A stretch of 64,000 nt of DNA, taken from assembly GCF_009914755.1 (NCBI RefSeq), contig NC_060929.1. One strand, written 5' to 3'. Source of the DNA: the human T2T-CHM13v2.0 reference genome, Homo sapiens. The notes beneath the pieces were generated by a model. That model did not search any database and was not told the DNA's origin. It was given only the letters and a program-made list of their open reading frames with translations. The position numbers were made by a program, and so were the translations under genes. Positions 45,901 to 60,089 of this stretch are shown one piece after another (position 1 is the stretch's first letter; each line of letters starts with the position of its first letter).

Positions 45901-48900
45901 AGCACCCACCTACCCCACAACATAAACCTTAATGAAAATTTCTAACAATGTAGAAATACTATTTCAAAAATATTACATTCCATTATTGAAAACATTACAA
46001 AACTCTTTCTTTAATGAAACAAACTTTACTTGCAGTTGTGTACTTTTGATCTTCATTTTTGTTTTTCTATAAGATTGCAAGAACAAACCCACCATTTGTT
46101 TTAACTAACAAATATTGCAGTTGGCTGTATATAGCTCATAATATTCTCTTTTCCAAAGTATATATTCTCATTAATATAGTGACTTCTCATATATGATTAT
46201 TTCCAGTCAGTTGCCATCCCAATTACTCTAACCTTGGACATTCCAGTTTACCAATGTGCTATTTATAATAGGTTGCTGTATCTTTGCCTAATTCAGTGTA
46301 ACAATTACTTTTATTAATTAACATTGTCTGAAAGTTTATTCATCTTTCTCATTCTGTGGCTTTTTTGTTGTACCTAATTTACTTTGTCTTTTCTTGATAA
46401 ATTATGGCCTATTAGTGAATTCTACATTTTATGTTTTTGAAAATAATCACATAACTGTTAGTTATCTGGCAAACTCATTTAAACAGTTTCTTGATTTACA
46501 TATACTAAACTATAATCCCCTGTGATCTATGCTTCTATCTCAGGGCTTTAGCTTTTTTTTTTTTTTCTGTAAAATTGATGGTAACTTTAATACATAAATA
46601 CACTTCTTTTCTTGAATGAGAATCTGATTTTCTTTCAGATGCTTATTTCAATATCTGTCCTTGGAATAATATAGACTAATTCTACTACTTTCCCACATTA
46701 TTATCTTTTAAATATTTGAAATTATATTTCAGGGTAAAATTTGCATATGAAACAAAATTAGATAAAATATTAGGCTAAAATTTACTGAGATCAGTATCAT
46801 AGTTTCTTTACTTCCCTCAGAAAATCAATGCTTATGATGATATTATATTTGGATGTCATACCATCAAATTTTGTATTCATATATTTATATTTATTTATAT
46901 TTGACCAAATAATTTTAACTGCATTCAAATGACTGATTAGAAGTTGAGATAAATAATTGTATGTTCATGATGTTTAAGATAAATGGAAATAAAAACCCTT
47001 TTATTTTCTTCCTATCTTCTAAAATATTAAACTACTTTGTTCATTATTCTCTTTAATTTCTCTGATGCAGGGTCATCCTAAATTTATATATAGATAAGTG
47101 ATCACTAGGACAGGAAACATAGCTCTGCTTTCACTTATAGCAATACAGAATAATCTATAAATATTAAATATTAGATGCCTCTACAAATGTGGTCTGCAGA
47201 GGAATGTGTGCCATCAGGAACTTGTTTTTAAGAAAACAACCGTGCATGAGTAACTTCATTTTAACTCATCAATTTTAATTAAATTGAGTCTCCTATGTAG
47301 CCAATTTTTTAACTTGTGTGCTAAGTAAATGGCAGCATATTTAGCTGGAGTTTTGATTAGAGTATTAATAAATTGATAACATTCTCTTCTATGATCAAAG
47401 CTTAAATTTTCTAATAACTGGTGTCTAAATGAATAAAGAGTCCTAATAAAGATATTAGAAAATAAGCAACACTGTATTAGTTGGTACAAAATTTAAATTA
47501 ATTATAATAATTGTATAAAATTGAAAAAATATCAAATTCACCTGTAAGGTAATTAAGAGGGAAAAACTGAAACAAACAGACTGAAAAAAAAAAAAAGCCA
47601 GCACAAATGCACATGTCTTGCCTACTTTGTAAAATGAAACTGCAATGATTGGCAAGTTCCCTTGGGAAAAGGAATTTAATTCTTTCTATTCTATTATATT
47701 CTAAACATAGTTAACTCTAGATAATCAATTGATCAATCATTTTCATTACATCATTCTCCATTTGTGATTTTTGAGATTAGCGCCATTTATTATTCTTTCA
47801 TAGCAAGAATCTACATGTGTGTACATCAAAACAGTCACAATTAATAGTTACAAAAAGTATGTATAAAAATAGAAGTTAAAATAGCCTGCTTATTGGGATA
47901 TACCCATTCAGTCTAGACTATTGACAACATCTAACATGTAAATGGACCCTCTGCAAAAATAGTGATTTTTTTTGCTAGTCATATGGTAGAATAAAAAATT
48001 AAACATTAGAAATCTTAGAGAATCTACATTCATTGGCAATGTAATACTATTTTTAAATAAATACTTATCTAAGTCTTATTCTGAGCTGCTAAGGATATGC
48101 ACGTGTGTGTGGGTATGTTAGAAAATATACAGTAAAATATTTTCCTTAAATCTACAGTAAAACTTTGTTGTTAAATTAACTAGGATATATTTTTTGAAAT
48201 TCATATGCTAGGCAGACATTCCAGATGAAATACAGAGAATTGTTAAAAACCCAAATTGTTAGATGATCTCTCACCTTTTTGAGGTTAGAAAGGGTACTTC
48301 CTATTTTGAATTTTATTATGTAGCATTGGGGACATGGATAAATTATTTAATTTTATTGAGTCTGAATTTTTCACTATAAAATGAAGATGTTTCAGTAATT
48401 TCTGTAATATCTTGCAATTCTAGAACTCCACACTTTTATAATATATCACTTGCATAACTTATTTTAATTCACAGTATGTAACGGAAGTAATTGTTTGTAA
48501 ACATGCCTATTATTATATTTTTAGATCACAAAGATAAGGACTTGAAATTTACCTTAAGTGATTTCTTGATTTATTATGAAGAATCAAAGTGCTTATTCAC
48601 TGGAATAAAGAGAGACATGCAGGTTTTCTCAAACACTTTAGACAGATTAAATATATTAAACTTAAATACTTCCTTTTATTTAAAATTTTCTTTTAATCCA
48701 CTTAATTTTGTGTTTATCTAGTGTCTAGTGGGAGTCAAAATAATAATAAACTACTAAAATTGAGTCAAGTAAATATCAAAAAATAATAAAAATTTAATTT
48801 CTAAAACTGGTACTGAACCAATTCTCATTGTTATAATATTTTCACAAGTATTTTATGGTGACAAAATACTAAACTGTAACAAAAGAAGAAACATTTTTTG

Positions 48901-49348
48901 TAGGTTTCAAAGTTATTTTTCTTTTTTTCTGACTGAAATTCCACTTATATCCTTTATATGATATTAAGTCTGAATGTTTTTCCTACTCCAAATGATTACT
49001 TTTATTGAAAGAGTTCAACACACCTGATTACTGAAATGTTGATGGGTAAAGTTTTTCAGAAGACATGTCAGTAACCAATAGTGAATGCTTACATCTCTGT
49101 CTCTTGTTACCTGCAATCTATCAATGATTTATTGTGCATCTTTGAATTCAGCTTTCTCACATGTAAAACAAGGATAAATTTGGTGGCAAATAAATATAAA
49201 ATACATTACAAAGATTTTTTATCAGTAGCGTAATAAACATGCAATATATCATCCTCGTCATTTTCATTACTGTTATCTTTATCCTAACAACTTCAAGGAT
49301 TGAGATTAGTTTTCTTCACATCCCTGAACCTATTTATTATTTTTTTAA

Positions 49349-49530
<182 letters not shown>

Positions 49531-50371
49531 CCTTAATCTCCCTGTAGCAATGTTTTTCCACTATAATTATGAAAAATATCAGATATCATGTTCAAAGTTA
49601 AATAAATTTGCAGAATTATTTACTTGTAATTTTTGTGTTATTATGTATGCTAACTAAAATCGATGGTATCAGGGCTAATGACCCTCTAAATTAGAAAATA
49701 TTTGTTTTTATTGGTTCTTTTTCTTATTCAGCATGCTTGAGAATATGAAACAATTTAGTTACATAGTGACATTTTTACTAGGAAGTTAGCAATTATTATG
49801 AAATATGAAATTAAAAATATATTAAATATTCAATATCTGAGCTCTTGTCCTCTATAATTTGTCAGAGAAAAGAAGGACATTTCAGTAACTATAGAAAAAG
49901 CATTTAAATAAGACCTTATATAACATACTATACTTATACTTCATTCTCTTTTTTATTTTTTTGCAAAAAAAGCTTATTGATGGGCTTGTATATTATTGTT
50001 TCACATTTCTTTTTTCTGATCCAGTTTGCCTACAATAACTGTTTTAGCATAGTATACTTGACATTTGTTTATTTTTTACTTGTCAAACGTTATAAAGAAA
50101 GCAAAAATGAGTGGAAATTCCTGTTGTTTTATTAAATGTTTGTTGCAGACACTTCTATTCATCTTAACTCTATCCACCTCTATTTTCTTCTTAAATACAA
50201 CATTTTGATCTAGTTTATTGTGGCAAAATGTACATCCATCATGTTAAGCCCACTCTGGTTTCACACTTTATAGCAAAGGGTGGACATGAGGCATGGATTT
50301 GTCCGATGAGAACAAATGAAAAATGATATCTATCAGGAAAATCTTTTATTTTTTCTTAGGAAAAAAAAAAG

Positions 50372-50766
50372 TGTATTCATCAAGGTTCTCCAGATAAACA
50401 GAAGTAATAGGAGAGAGAGAGAGAGATTAATTAATTATGGAGGCCAACAAATCCCATGATCTGCTAACTGGGGAACCAGGAAAGCTGGTGGTATAATTTA
50501 CTTCAAGTCTGAAGACCCAAGAAAGAGGAGTGCCAGTGTCCAAGGACTGGAGACGATGAATTACCCAGATCAAACAGACAGAGCAAATTTGCCCTTCCTC
50601 TCCCTCACCAGATTGGATGCCAGTGAGGGAGATCATCTTTGCTCTGTCTACCAATTCAGATACTAAGCTCTTCCAGAAACACTCTCACAGACACACATAA
50701 AAAGTGTTGTACCAGCTATCTGAACATCCCTTAGCCCTTTCAAGTTAACATAACATTAATCATTAT
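50372..50766 (-). mobile_element. Solo ERVL LTR (MLT2B/C/D-like), with a (GA)n run
   Basis: tgtatt..ggttctccaga..acagaagtaatagga..ttccagaaacactctcacagacacac..tcaagttaacataacattaatcat; antisense counterpart of the MLT2 termini at 41243-41831. Confidence 0.8.
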
Positions 50767-51241
50767 TAAAGGTAAGGCACACTGGCATCATTATCTGTAT
50801 TTCTCTTTTTCTCCAGCTGTGCATTCTTATATAATGGCTAAAGCTGCAGAAGACATCTTGCAGTCATAGGAGAAATGCCCAGTTTATTGGACACATTGGT
50901 CCTACATATTCTAGTGGCCTCCTGATTATTGGGCAAGATAGATATATTTCTTTCTTTTCTTTTTCTTTTTTTTTTCCTACTTTCTTCTATATAATTTACA
51001 CAATAAGGTGTTAAGAACGTATCCCATTGTATGAAACTATTTATTGTTAAACTATCTATTTGTTAAGAATGCATCCAGTGTATGAAACAGAAAACCCTAT
51101 TGACTACGGCTTAAAAAAACAAGCGTTTATTTGTCCACGCATGACCAAATATTCCTGGAGTAAGGGAGTTACTTCTTTTGATTCAGGTCCTCAAATGTAC
51201 TACCGGGGACTCTGTCTTATATTTGTTTTTTACACAATTTA

Positions 51242-51705
<464 letters not shown>

Positions 51706-51719
51706 AAAATTATAATATA

Positions 51720-52100
51720 CTTACAATGATGGAAATTACATCATAAATATACAGTTTGGTGAATTCTCATAGATTGATCATATATGTGTATCCACCACCA
51801 AGGTACAGAAATAGAATATTACAAGCACCCCAGAAACTATCCTTATGTCCTCCTTGGTTGGTACTCCCTATTCTCTCCAGAGACAACTGCTCACTTAAAA
51901 CACTATGGAATAGCTTTGCCCGATGTTGAACTATGTATAAGTGGGGTAATACATATGTGTTCTATTGTGCTTGGTTTCTTTCACTTGACAGTATATTTAT
52001 GACATCCATCCATGTTGTGTGTAGTAAAAATGTTCCTTCTTTTTTATTCCTGTTAACAAAATCTATTCTATATAATATACAGTATATCATAATGTGTTTA
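51720..52100 (-). mobile_element. L1MD/ME-like 3' relic
   Basis: tatacagtttggtgaatt..atagaatattacaagcaccccagaa..tttctttcacttgacagtatatttatgacatccatccatgttg. Confidence 0.65.
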
Positions 52101-52107
52101 TCTCTTT

Positions 52108-52225
52108 TGGGAGCTGAGCAATGACAACACATAGACACAGGGAGGGAAATGACACACATTGGGGCCTGTCTGGGGAGAGTGGGGAGAGGGTGGGAGAGCA
52201 TTAGGGAGAAGAGCTAATGCATGCT
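52108..52225 (+). mobile_element. Short internal L1PA 3'UTR fragment with no poly(A) tail
   Basis: tgggagctgagcaatgacaacacatagacacagggagggaa..gagagcattagggagaagagctaatgcatgct. Confidence 0.8.
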
Positions 52226-52596
52226 CTCTTACACTTTTTTACCACATGGCCCACCTACCAACCTCAGAGGAATGACTTTCTTTCTCGTACTTTATACAAC
52301 ACAATTGCAAAATTGCTGCCCTAGTTTCAAACGCCATATCTGTTTATAAGGCAGGAAGAAAGGCAGTTATTGGCATCAGTTGTCACTTTCCCTATAATAA
52401 CAAATTCCACAGGAGAACATTTTATATGCCTTACCGCTAGAAATTAGTTACATAGAAAATTGTAGCCAAAAGGGAGTGTAAGAAAAACAAAACAAAAAAA
52501 CAAAACAAAACAAAAACCTTGCACTGATAAAAAACAATAAAGGTTTCATAGGAGCCATTTTCTGCCATGTTTTGAAATTAAACTTATTGAAGTTAA

Positions 52597-52885
<289 letters not shown>

Positions 52886-53782
52886 TAACTCCTCAAAACA
52901 TCCAACAACACAAAGAAAAAATTTTTGAAGAATATATTAGTATTTTTCTATCTAAAAGACATTCTGAAAACTAATAAGTAATATTTTCTTTTTCTTACTT
53001 ATTCATAAAAAGACAATGCAGTTCAGAAATTCTGCATAATTAATTAAAGAAGTATATTAACATTGTAAGTAATTTACACATGTCTGTTTTATAGGAAATA
53101 GTAATGTCATAATACTGGAGGCCATTCAAGGGGTGAATTGAAATTTCTTAATTGCTGAATGAGTCAACATTTAGCCTACTTTTTACTCTTGGGTTGCATA
53201 ATATTAATAATCTACTAACTCAAAATTATCCCTGTTTTAAAATTCTATTAACAGAAATTAAGTCAAAAAAGCAAAATGGCATTTTCTCAGAAAATCCCAT
53301 ATATTTAATCATAGTTCGTAGTAGTTAACCATTTTATAACAACTTAAATCATCTAAACCTCTCATATTAATGTGTTTTGAACTCACACTACAAAACAAGA
53401 CTAACAAATTGCTGAAAAATATAGTAACACTAGACTATTTATAACCCAAGGCCTTTAGAATCATTATGTACTGTTTCAAGATTTTCAAACATTTAGAAGA
53501 GAGGTCACAATGAAATTTGTTGTAGTTCAAAATAGTCATAATAAAGGGAACCCTGAAAATATTTTAATCTTATTATGTAGGTCAATAAAAATGTGATTAA
53601 TGGGACTAGAATCTAAATATCATATATATTCTGAATTATTTTTGTCTTATCAGTGAGACCTAGATATCCCAGGACTAACTCAAGTGAAATAATTCCATAA
53701 ATTTCAAAAAAAAAAAGTTGTATAAACTACATAATTTCCAGAATTGTTACTAAAGTAATAGAGACATTTGTTAGAATGACTG

Positions 53783-54162
53783 TGTTATGGGCAAAATTGT
53801 GTTTTCAAAAATGTATATCTTGTGGTCCTTACCCTCATTATCTCAGAATGTAACTGTATTTTGAGATAGAGTTTTTAAAAGAGGTACTTATGCCAAAATA
53901 AGGTTAGTAGGGTAGGACCTACTCCAGTATGACTGGTTTCTTTTCAAAAAGAAGACATTAAGACACAGAGGAAAGCCTACGTGAAGGCACAGGCAGAAGA
54001 TGGCCATCTACAAGCCAAGAAGAGAGGTCTCAGAAGAAACCAAACCTAATGGCACCTTGATCTCAGACCTGTGACTTCTAGAATTATGACATAATTAATT
54101 TATGTTGTCGATGCCACCCAGCTGGTGCTAATTTGTTGCGGTAGCCCAAGCAAACAAATACA
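53783..54162 (+). mobile_element. MaLR solo LTR (MLT1B-like)
   Basis: TGTTATGGG..ctcagaatgtaactgtatttt..gaagatggccatctacaagccaagaagagagg..caaacaaATACA; TSD GACTG/GATTG (4 of 5). Confidence 0.88.
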
Positions 54163-57100
54163 GATTGTAAAAACAAAGCATTTTAATAAGTCAAGAAAAA
54201 AAATACTTACCATATTGGTAATATTCCCTTCTGCCCTAAATTCATCCCTCTCCTTGATGTGGATCTGCTAAAATGATATTGTCAACCAACAGACCTCAAT
54301 TCTAGGCCCAATTTTGTCATATAATTAAACTCTGCACTAGCTCAATGTTTTGTTAGAGGAAAATGTATATAAAATAAAGAGCAATTAGGCAAGATATGAT
54401 AATTCATTGACTTTTAGTTTCAATTTTCAGTTTATTATTAGCAACTTAACATTTCTTGTCAGTCTTTATTTGTGCATGTTGTCACCCTTATTTTTTTAAT
54501 TATTATTTTTTATTTTGATAGTTTTTAAGGTACAGATGATTTTAGGTTACATGGATGAGGTCTATAGTGATCAATTATGAGATATTTAGTGCACCTGTCA
54601 ACTGGGCAGTATACACTGTACTCAATATGTAGTCTTTTATCCCAAACCCCCTTCCCAGCCTCCATCCCTGAGTCCCCAAAGTTCATTATATTACTCTGTA
54701 TGTCTTTGTGTCATCATAGCTTAACTTCCACTTATAAATGAGAACATACAGTATTTGGTTTTGCATTCCTGAGTTACTTCACTTAGAATAATGGGCTCCA
54801 GCTCCATCCAAGCTGCGGCAAAGACATTATTTCATTCCTATTATGGATGAGTAGTGTTCCATGGTATGTATAAACCACATTTTCTTCATCTACCTTTTGG
54901 TTGATGAGCACTTAGGTTGGTTCCATATCTTTGCAATTGTGTACTATGCTGCTACAAATATGCATATGCATGTGTCTTTTCATATAATGACATCTTTTCC
55001 TTTCAGTAGATATCCAGTAGTAGGATTGCTGGATTGAATGGTAGATCTATGTTTAGTTCTTTAAGGAATGTCTATACTGTTTTCCATAGAGGTTGTACTG
55101 ATTTACATTCCCACCAGCAATGCAAAAGTGTTCCCTTTTCACCACATCCAAATCAACATCTATTGTTTATTGAGTTTTAAATTATGGCTATTCTTGCAAG
55201 AGTAAGGTGGTATCTCATTGTAGTTTTAATTTGCATTTTGCTGATGATTAGTGATGTTGAACATTTTTTGTATGTGTATTGGTAGTTTGTATGTCTTCTT
55301 TTCAGAAATGTCTATTCATGTCCTTGGCCCATTTTTTTCATGGGATTATTTTTTTTCTTGCTGATTTGTTTGAGTTCATTGTATATTCTGAATATTAGTC
55401 CTTTGTCTAATGCATAGTTTGCGAATATTTTCTCCATCTCTGTGGATTATCTGTTTACTCTGCTAATTACTTCTTTTGCTATGCAGAAGCTTTTTAATTT
55501 AATTAGGTCCAATGTATTTATTTTTGTTTTTGTTGTATTTGATTTTTGGATCCTAGTCATGAATGCTTTTCCTAGGCCAATGTCCTGAAAAGTTTTTCCA
55601 ATATTATCTTCTAGAAATGTTATAATATGTGATGTATCACATTTATTGACTTGCATATGTTAAAATATCCCTGCATTCCTGGAATAAAACCCATTGGATC
55701 ATGATATATTATCTTGCTGTTGGATTCAATTAGCTAGTATTTTGTTGAGGATTTTTGCATTTATGTTCATAGCTTGAACATCAGGCTGTAGTTTTCTTTT
55801 TTTGTTGTTATGTTATTATGTCTTTCCCTGCATTTAGCATTAGGGTGATACTGGCTTCATGGAATAATTTAGGGAGGATTTCCTCTTTCTGTATCTTTTG
55901 GAATCGTTTCAGTAGGATTGGGACCAATTCTTCCTTTAATGTCTGATAGAATTTAGCTGTGAATCCATCTGGTCCTGGAAGTTTTTGTTGGCAATTTTAA
56001 AATTACAGATTAAATTTCACTGCTTGTTTTTGGTCTGTTTATGGTTTCTATTTCTTCCTCATTTAATCTAGGAGGGTTGCATGTTTCCAGGAACTTATCC
56101 ATTTCCTCTAGATTTTCTAGTTTGTGTGTGCAAAGGTGTTAATAGTAACCTTACATGATCTTTTGTATTTTTGTGGTATCAGTTGTAATAGCTCCAGTTT
56201 CATTTCTAATTGAGCTTATTTGGATTTTCTCTTTTCTTGTTTAATCTCACTAATGGCTTATCATTTATTTTATCTTTTCAAAGAACCAGTTGTTTGTTTC
56301 ATTTATTTTTTGTATTTTTTTGTTTTAATTTAATTTAATTCTGCTCTAATATTTATTTTTTTTCTTCTACTGGATTTTGGACTTAGTTTGTTCTTGTTTC
56401 CCTAGTTCCTTGATGTGTGACGTTAGTTTGCCAAGTTGTGATTTTCAGACTTTTGATGTAGTCATTTAACACTATGAACATTTTTCTTAGCACTGCTTTT
56501 GCTGTACCTCAGAGGTTTTGATGACTTGTGTCACTATTATCATTCATTTCAAAAATTTTTAAAATTTTCATCTTGATTTTATTATTTACACCCAAATGAT
56601 TCAAGAGCAGATTATATAATTGTCATGCATTTTTTGAGGTTTCCTTTTGGAGTTGATTTCCAGTTTTATTCCACTATGGTCTGAGAAGATACTTGATATG
56701 ATTTCAATTTACTTAAGTTTGTTGAGACTTGTTTTGTGGCCTATTGTATGGTCTATCTTGGAGAATATCATGTGCCAATAAGAAGAATGTATAAGCTGCA
56801 GTTGTTGAGAAGAATGTTCTGTGAATATCCATTAACTTCATTTGTTCTAGGGTATAGTTTAAGTCCATTGTTTCTTTGTTGACTTTCTGTTTTGATGACC
56901 TATTTAGTGTTCTCAGTGGAGTATTGAAGTTCCCCACTATTTTGTTGTTGTTGTCTATCTCATCTTTTAAGTCTGGTGCTAATTGTTTTGTGAATCTGGG
57001 AGCTCCAGTGTTAAGTGCATCTAAATTTAAGATTGTAATATCTTCTTTTTGGACTGATCCTTTTATTATTATATAATGTTCTTCTGTGTCGGTTTTTTGT

Positions 57101-57906
57101 TTGTTGTTTTACTCTTGTTGCTTAAAGTCTGTTTTATCTGATATAGGAATAGCTAATCCTGCTCACTTTGCTTTCAGTTTCCATGGAATATCTTTTTCCA
57201 CCCCTTTACCTTGAGTTCACATGAATCCTCATGTTATGTGAGTTTCTTGAAGACAAGTGATAGTTGGTTGGTGGTTTTTAAAATTCATTCTGCTATTCTG
57301 TATCTTTTAAGTGTTGCATTTAGGCCATTTACATTCAACATTAACATCCAGATGGTAGGTACTGTTCTACACATGTTAATTTTTACCTAGATACTTTATT
57401 TTTTCATTGTGTTATTGTTTCATAGGCCCTGTGAGTATTATGCTTTCAGGAAGTTCTATTTTGGTGCACATGAAGCTTCTGTTTCAAGATTTGGAACTCC
57501 ATTTAGCATTTCTTGTATTGCTGGTTTGGTATTGGAAAATTCCCTTAGCATTTGTTTGTATGAAAAAGACTTATCTCTCCTTTATTTATAAAGCTTAGTT
57601 TTGCAGGCTACAAAATCCTTGGCTGACCATTATTTTGTTTAAGAAGGCTAAAGATAGGACTCCAAGCCCCTTCTAGCTTGTAAGGTTTCTGCTGAGAAGT
57701 CTGCTGTTACTCTGATAGGTTTTCCCTTGCAGGTAACCTAATGATTTATCTCACAGCTATTAGAATTATTTCCTTCATTTTGATTTTAGATAGTCTGGTG
57801 ACTGTGCCTTAGTGATTATTTTTTGCAGTCAATTTCTCAGGAGTTCTTTTAGCATCTTGCATTTGTGTATCTAAATCTCTATCAAGGCCAGGGAAGTTTT
57901 CCTCAA

Positions 57907-58041
57907 TTATTGTCTCAAGTAAATTTTCCAGACATTTAGCCTTCTATTCTCCCTCGGGAACATCAATTATTCTTATTGTCTCAAGTAAATTTTCCAGACA
58001 TTTAGCCTTCTATTCTCCCTCAGGAACATCAATTATTCTTA
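57907..58041. repeat. 66-bp tandem duplication (two copies, one mismatch)
   Basis: TTATTGTCTCAAGTAAATTTTCCAGACATTTAGCCTTCTATTCTCCCTC[G/A]GGAACATCAATTATTC starting at 57907 and 57973. Confidence 0.95.
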
Positions 58042-58315
58042 GGTTTGGATGTTTAAGGTGATGCCAAATTTCTTGGAGAATTTTTTTTTTTGCTTCTTTA
58101 TTTTTATCTTTGTCTAATTAGGTTAATTCAATAGACTTGTTTTGAGCTCTGATATTCTTTCTTCTACTTGTTTTAGTCTATCGTTTAAATGTTCCACTGC
58201 ATTTTAAAAAATTTGTCTATTTGTATCTTTCGTTTACAGAAGTTCTGATTGGTTTTTCTTTATGAATTCTATCTCTCTGGAAAATTTTCATTCATATGCT
58301 AAATTGCTTTTTAAT

Positions 58316-58393
58316 TTCTTTATGTTGTTTTTCACCTTTCTCTGGTACCTCCTTGAGTAGGTAGCAGAGAAAGGTGAAAAACAACATAAAGAA
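58316..58393. repeat. Inverted repeat with perfect 29-bp arms (34/35 when extended inward) and an 8-nt loop
   Basis: TTCTTTATGTTGTTTTTCACCTTTCTCTG (58316-58344) and its exact reverse complement (58365-58393). Confidence 0.95.
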
Positions 58394-60089
58394 TAATCAG
58401 CCTTCTGAATTCTTCATTTGGTATTTCAAATATTTAATCTTGGTTTGGACATGTTGCTGAGAAGCTACTGTGATCATTTAGAGGTGTATGGAACCCTATT
58501 TTGTCACATTACCAGAATTACTTTTTTTTGTTTCTTCTAATTTGAGTAGACTATTTCTTCAAATTATTCTTGAATTTATTTTTGATTTGACTATGTTTTT
58601 TTTTCTCTCAAGGATGTGACTTTAATGTTTATAATTTATTATAGCTCAGTTTGGTTCTTGGTGCTTTTAGGGTTGAAAACTCTTTATGACTTCCTTGGTT
58701 ATGTAGAGTATTTGTGTGCTGGCTTTCTCAAATGCTAATTGTAGTAGTTATGTACTTGATGTATGGGCAAGCTTATTGTCTGCTGTGAGGTTAGAATGGC
58801 AAGGATCTCTTGAAGCTTGTATCATTCCTCCATTATGTGCACTTTTAAATTTATTTAATATTTCCTCAGTTTTCTGTTTAACAACTTGATGCTTCAGGCT
58901 TCATACCAGTAGGGGATGTACCCCTGGGTAAAAAAACAGTTGTAGCTAAAGCACGTGGGTAGATGCAATACCCAATGGTGGGCAGAAGTCCCAGCCTTGA
59001 TAAAGGTGTCTGTGGGAGCTCACAATTAGATGCACGGAGGTTTCATCAGAAAGAGGGGTGAGAGTTACCTCAGCTTCCCTGCCTGGTCAACAGGAAAGCT
59101 ATCCACCTCCCTCCTGTCCAGTGTTCCAGCTATTCAAGTCAGACAGACACCTTTTTTTTTTTTAAATGTGTAGGAATGTTGATGTTCCAAGTAGAGAGAA
59201 ATTGTGACACAGTCCTTGTTCGAGCCTGAAACTGGGGCATGCTCCTCTTGTGGAGATACAATCAGCCTTAATTCTTCCAGGAAGGCTGTCTACAGTTGTA
59301 TCCATGCTGACTTGCCATGGGAGTAGCCCCAGCTGTGCCTGCAGTGGTGGAAGGAGGGGAACAAGGACCCCTTCACCAAGACCCTTTGTGAGCATGAAGA
59401 CTGCCTGATTATTGGGATAGAGGTGCAGACTTTCTCTCCTGTTTCCAGCTTGTCATTGTGCCTCTGCTGAAAGAAACTTCCCACCAATGGAAAGATCTGG
59501 GACTCAAGGACTGCTGTCCATATATTTTTGTTCTACAGGGTGTTCCCTTGATGTGGTGCTCTCCCTCTTCCCCTAGGAGTAGGAGCTAATGAGAGCCAGA
59601 CTACATTGTTTGCTATTGTTTGTCTGGGTTTAGCCACCCAGTGGGGCTTCCACACTCTGGGCTGTTGCTGGAAAATATCTGCAAGGGATTCAGTGATGTG
59701 ATCTGTCTTCAAGTCTCCCAGCAGTGGATACCAGTACCAGCTCTAATGGGGGTGGTGGGGATTGATATAGACTCTGTGAGATTCCTTGTTTGTAGCCAGT
59801 CTTGGTGTGCTGGGTTACTCAAATGCTGCTTATAATTGTAGTGAACTTGTCACGTGGACAGAATCAGGATCTCTGGAGATCCAGGGTGTTGTGAGTGGTG
59901 GTGATAGCTAAGGCTATGCAGTCATTTTCTCCTTCCTGAGTGCCATGTTATTCTACCTAGAGATATTTTAATGGACTGCATTGGTTGGCCTCAAGCCAGG
60001 AGGTGTTACTTGCAAAAGAGCACCAGCTGCAGTAGCAACAGTGGGATTTGAGCCTGCCCTAAGTTGCCCAGGGTAAGTATTCTGGTTTC

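Larger units (their letters stand above)
54491..60089 (-). mobile_element. Near-full-length L1MA1-3-like LINE-1 (3' end 54491, ORF2 to ~57350, ORF1 ~57500-58500, 5'UTR to 60089); large ORF2 deletion near 55627
   Basis: L1MA-type 3' end (ggttacatggatga..gtgcacctgtca..tacactgtac); the minus-strand ORF at 55447..55656 fuses RT-region sequence to LEDNIGKT; GNFNTPL endonuclease motif near 56930. Confidence 0.9.

Noticed and set aside
45900-49100. AT-rich, repeat-poor stretch as a possible host exon or enhancer
   Set aside because: No convincing exon with an open frame or recognisable motif cluster; cannot be judged without conservation data
57907-58041. Direct repeats as a CRISPR-like array
   Set aside because: Two abutting copies, no spacers, eukaryotic L1 context and no cas genes
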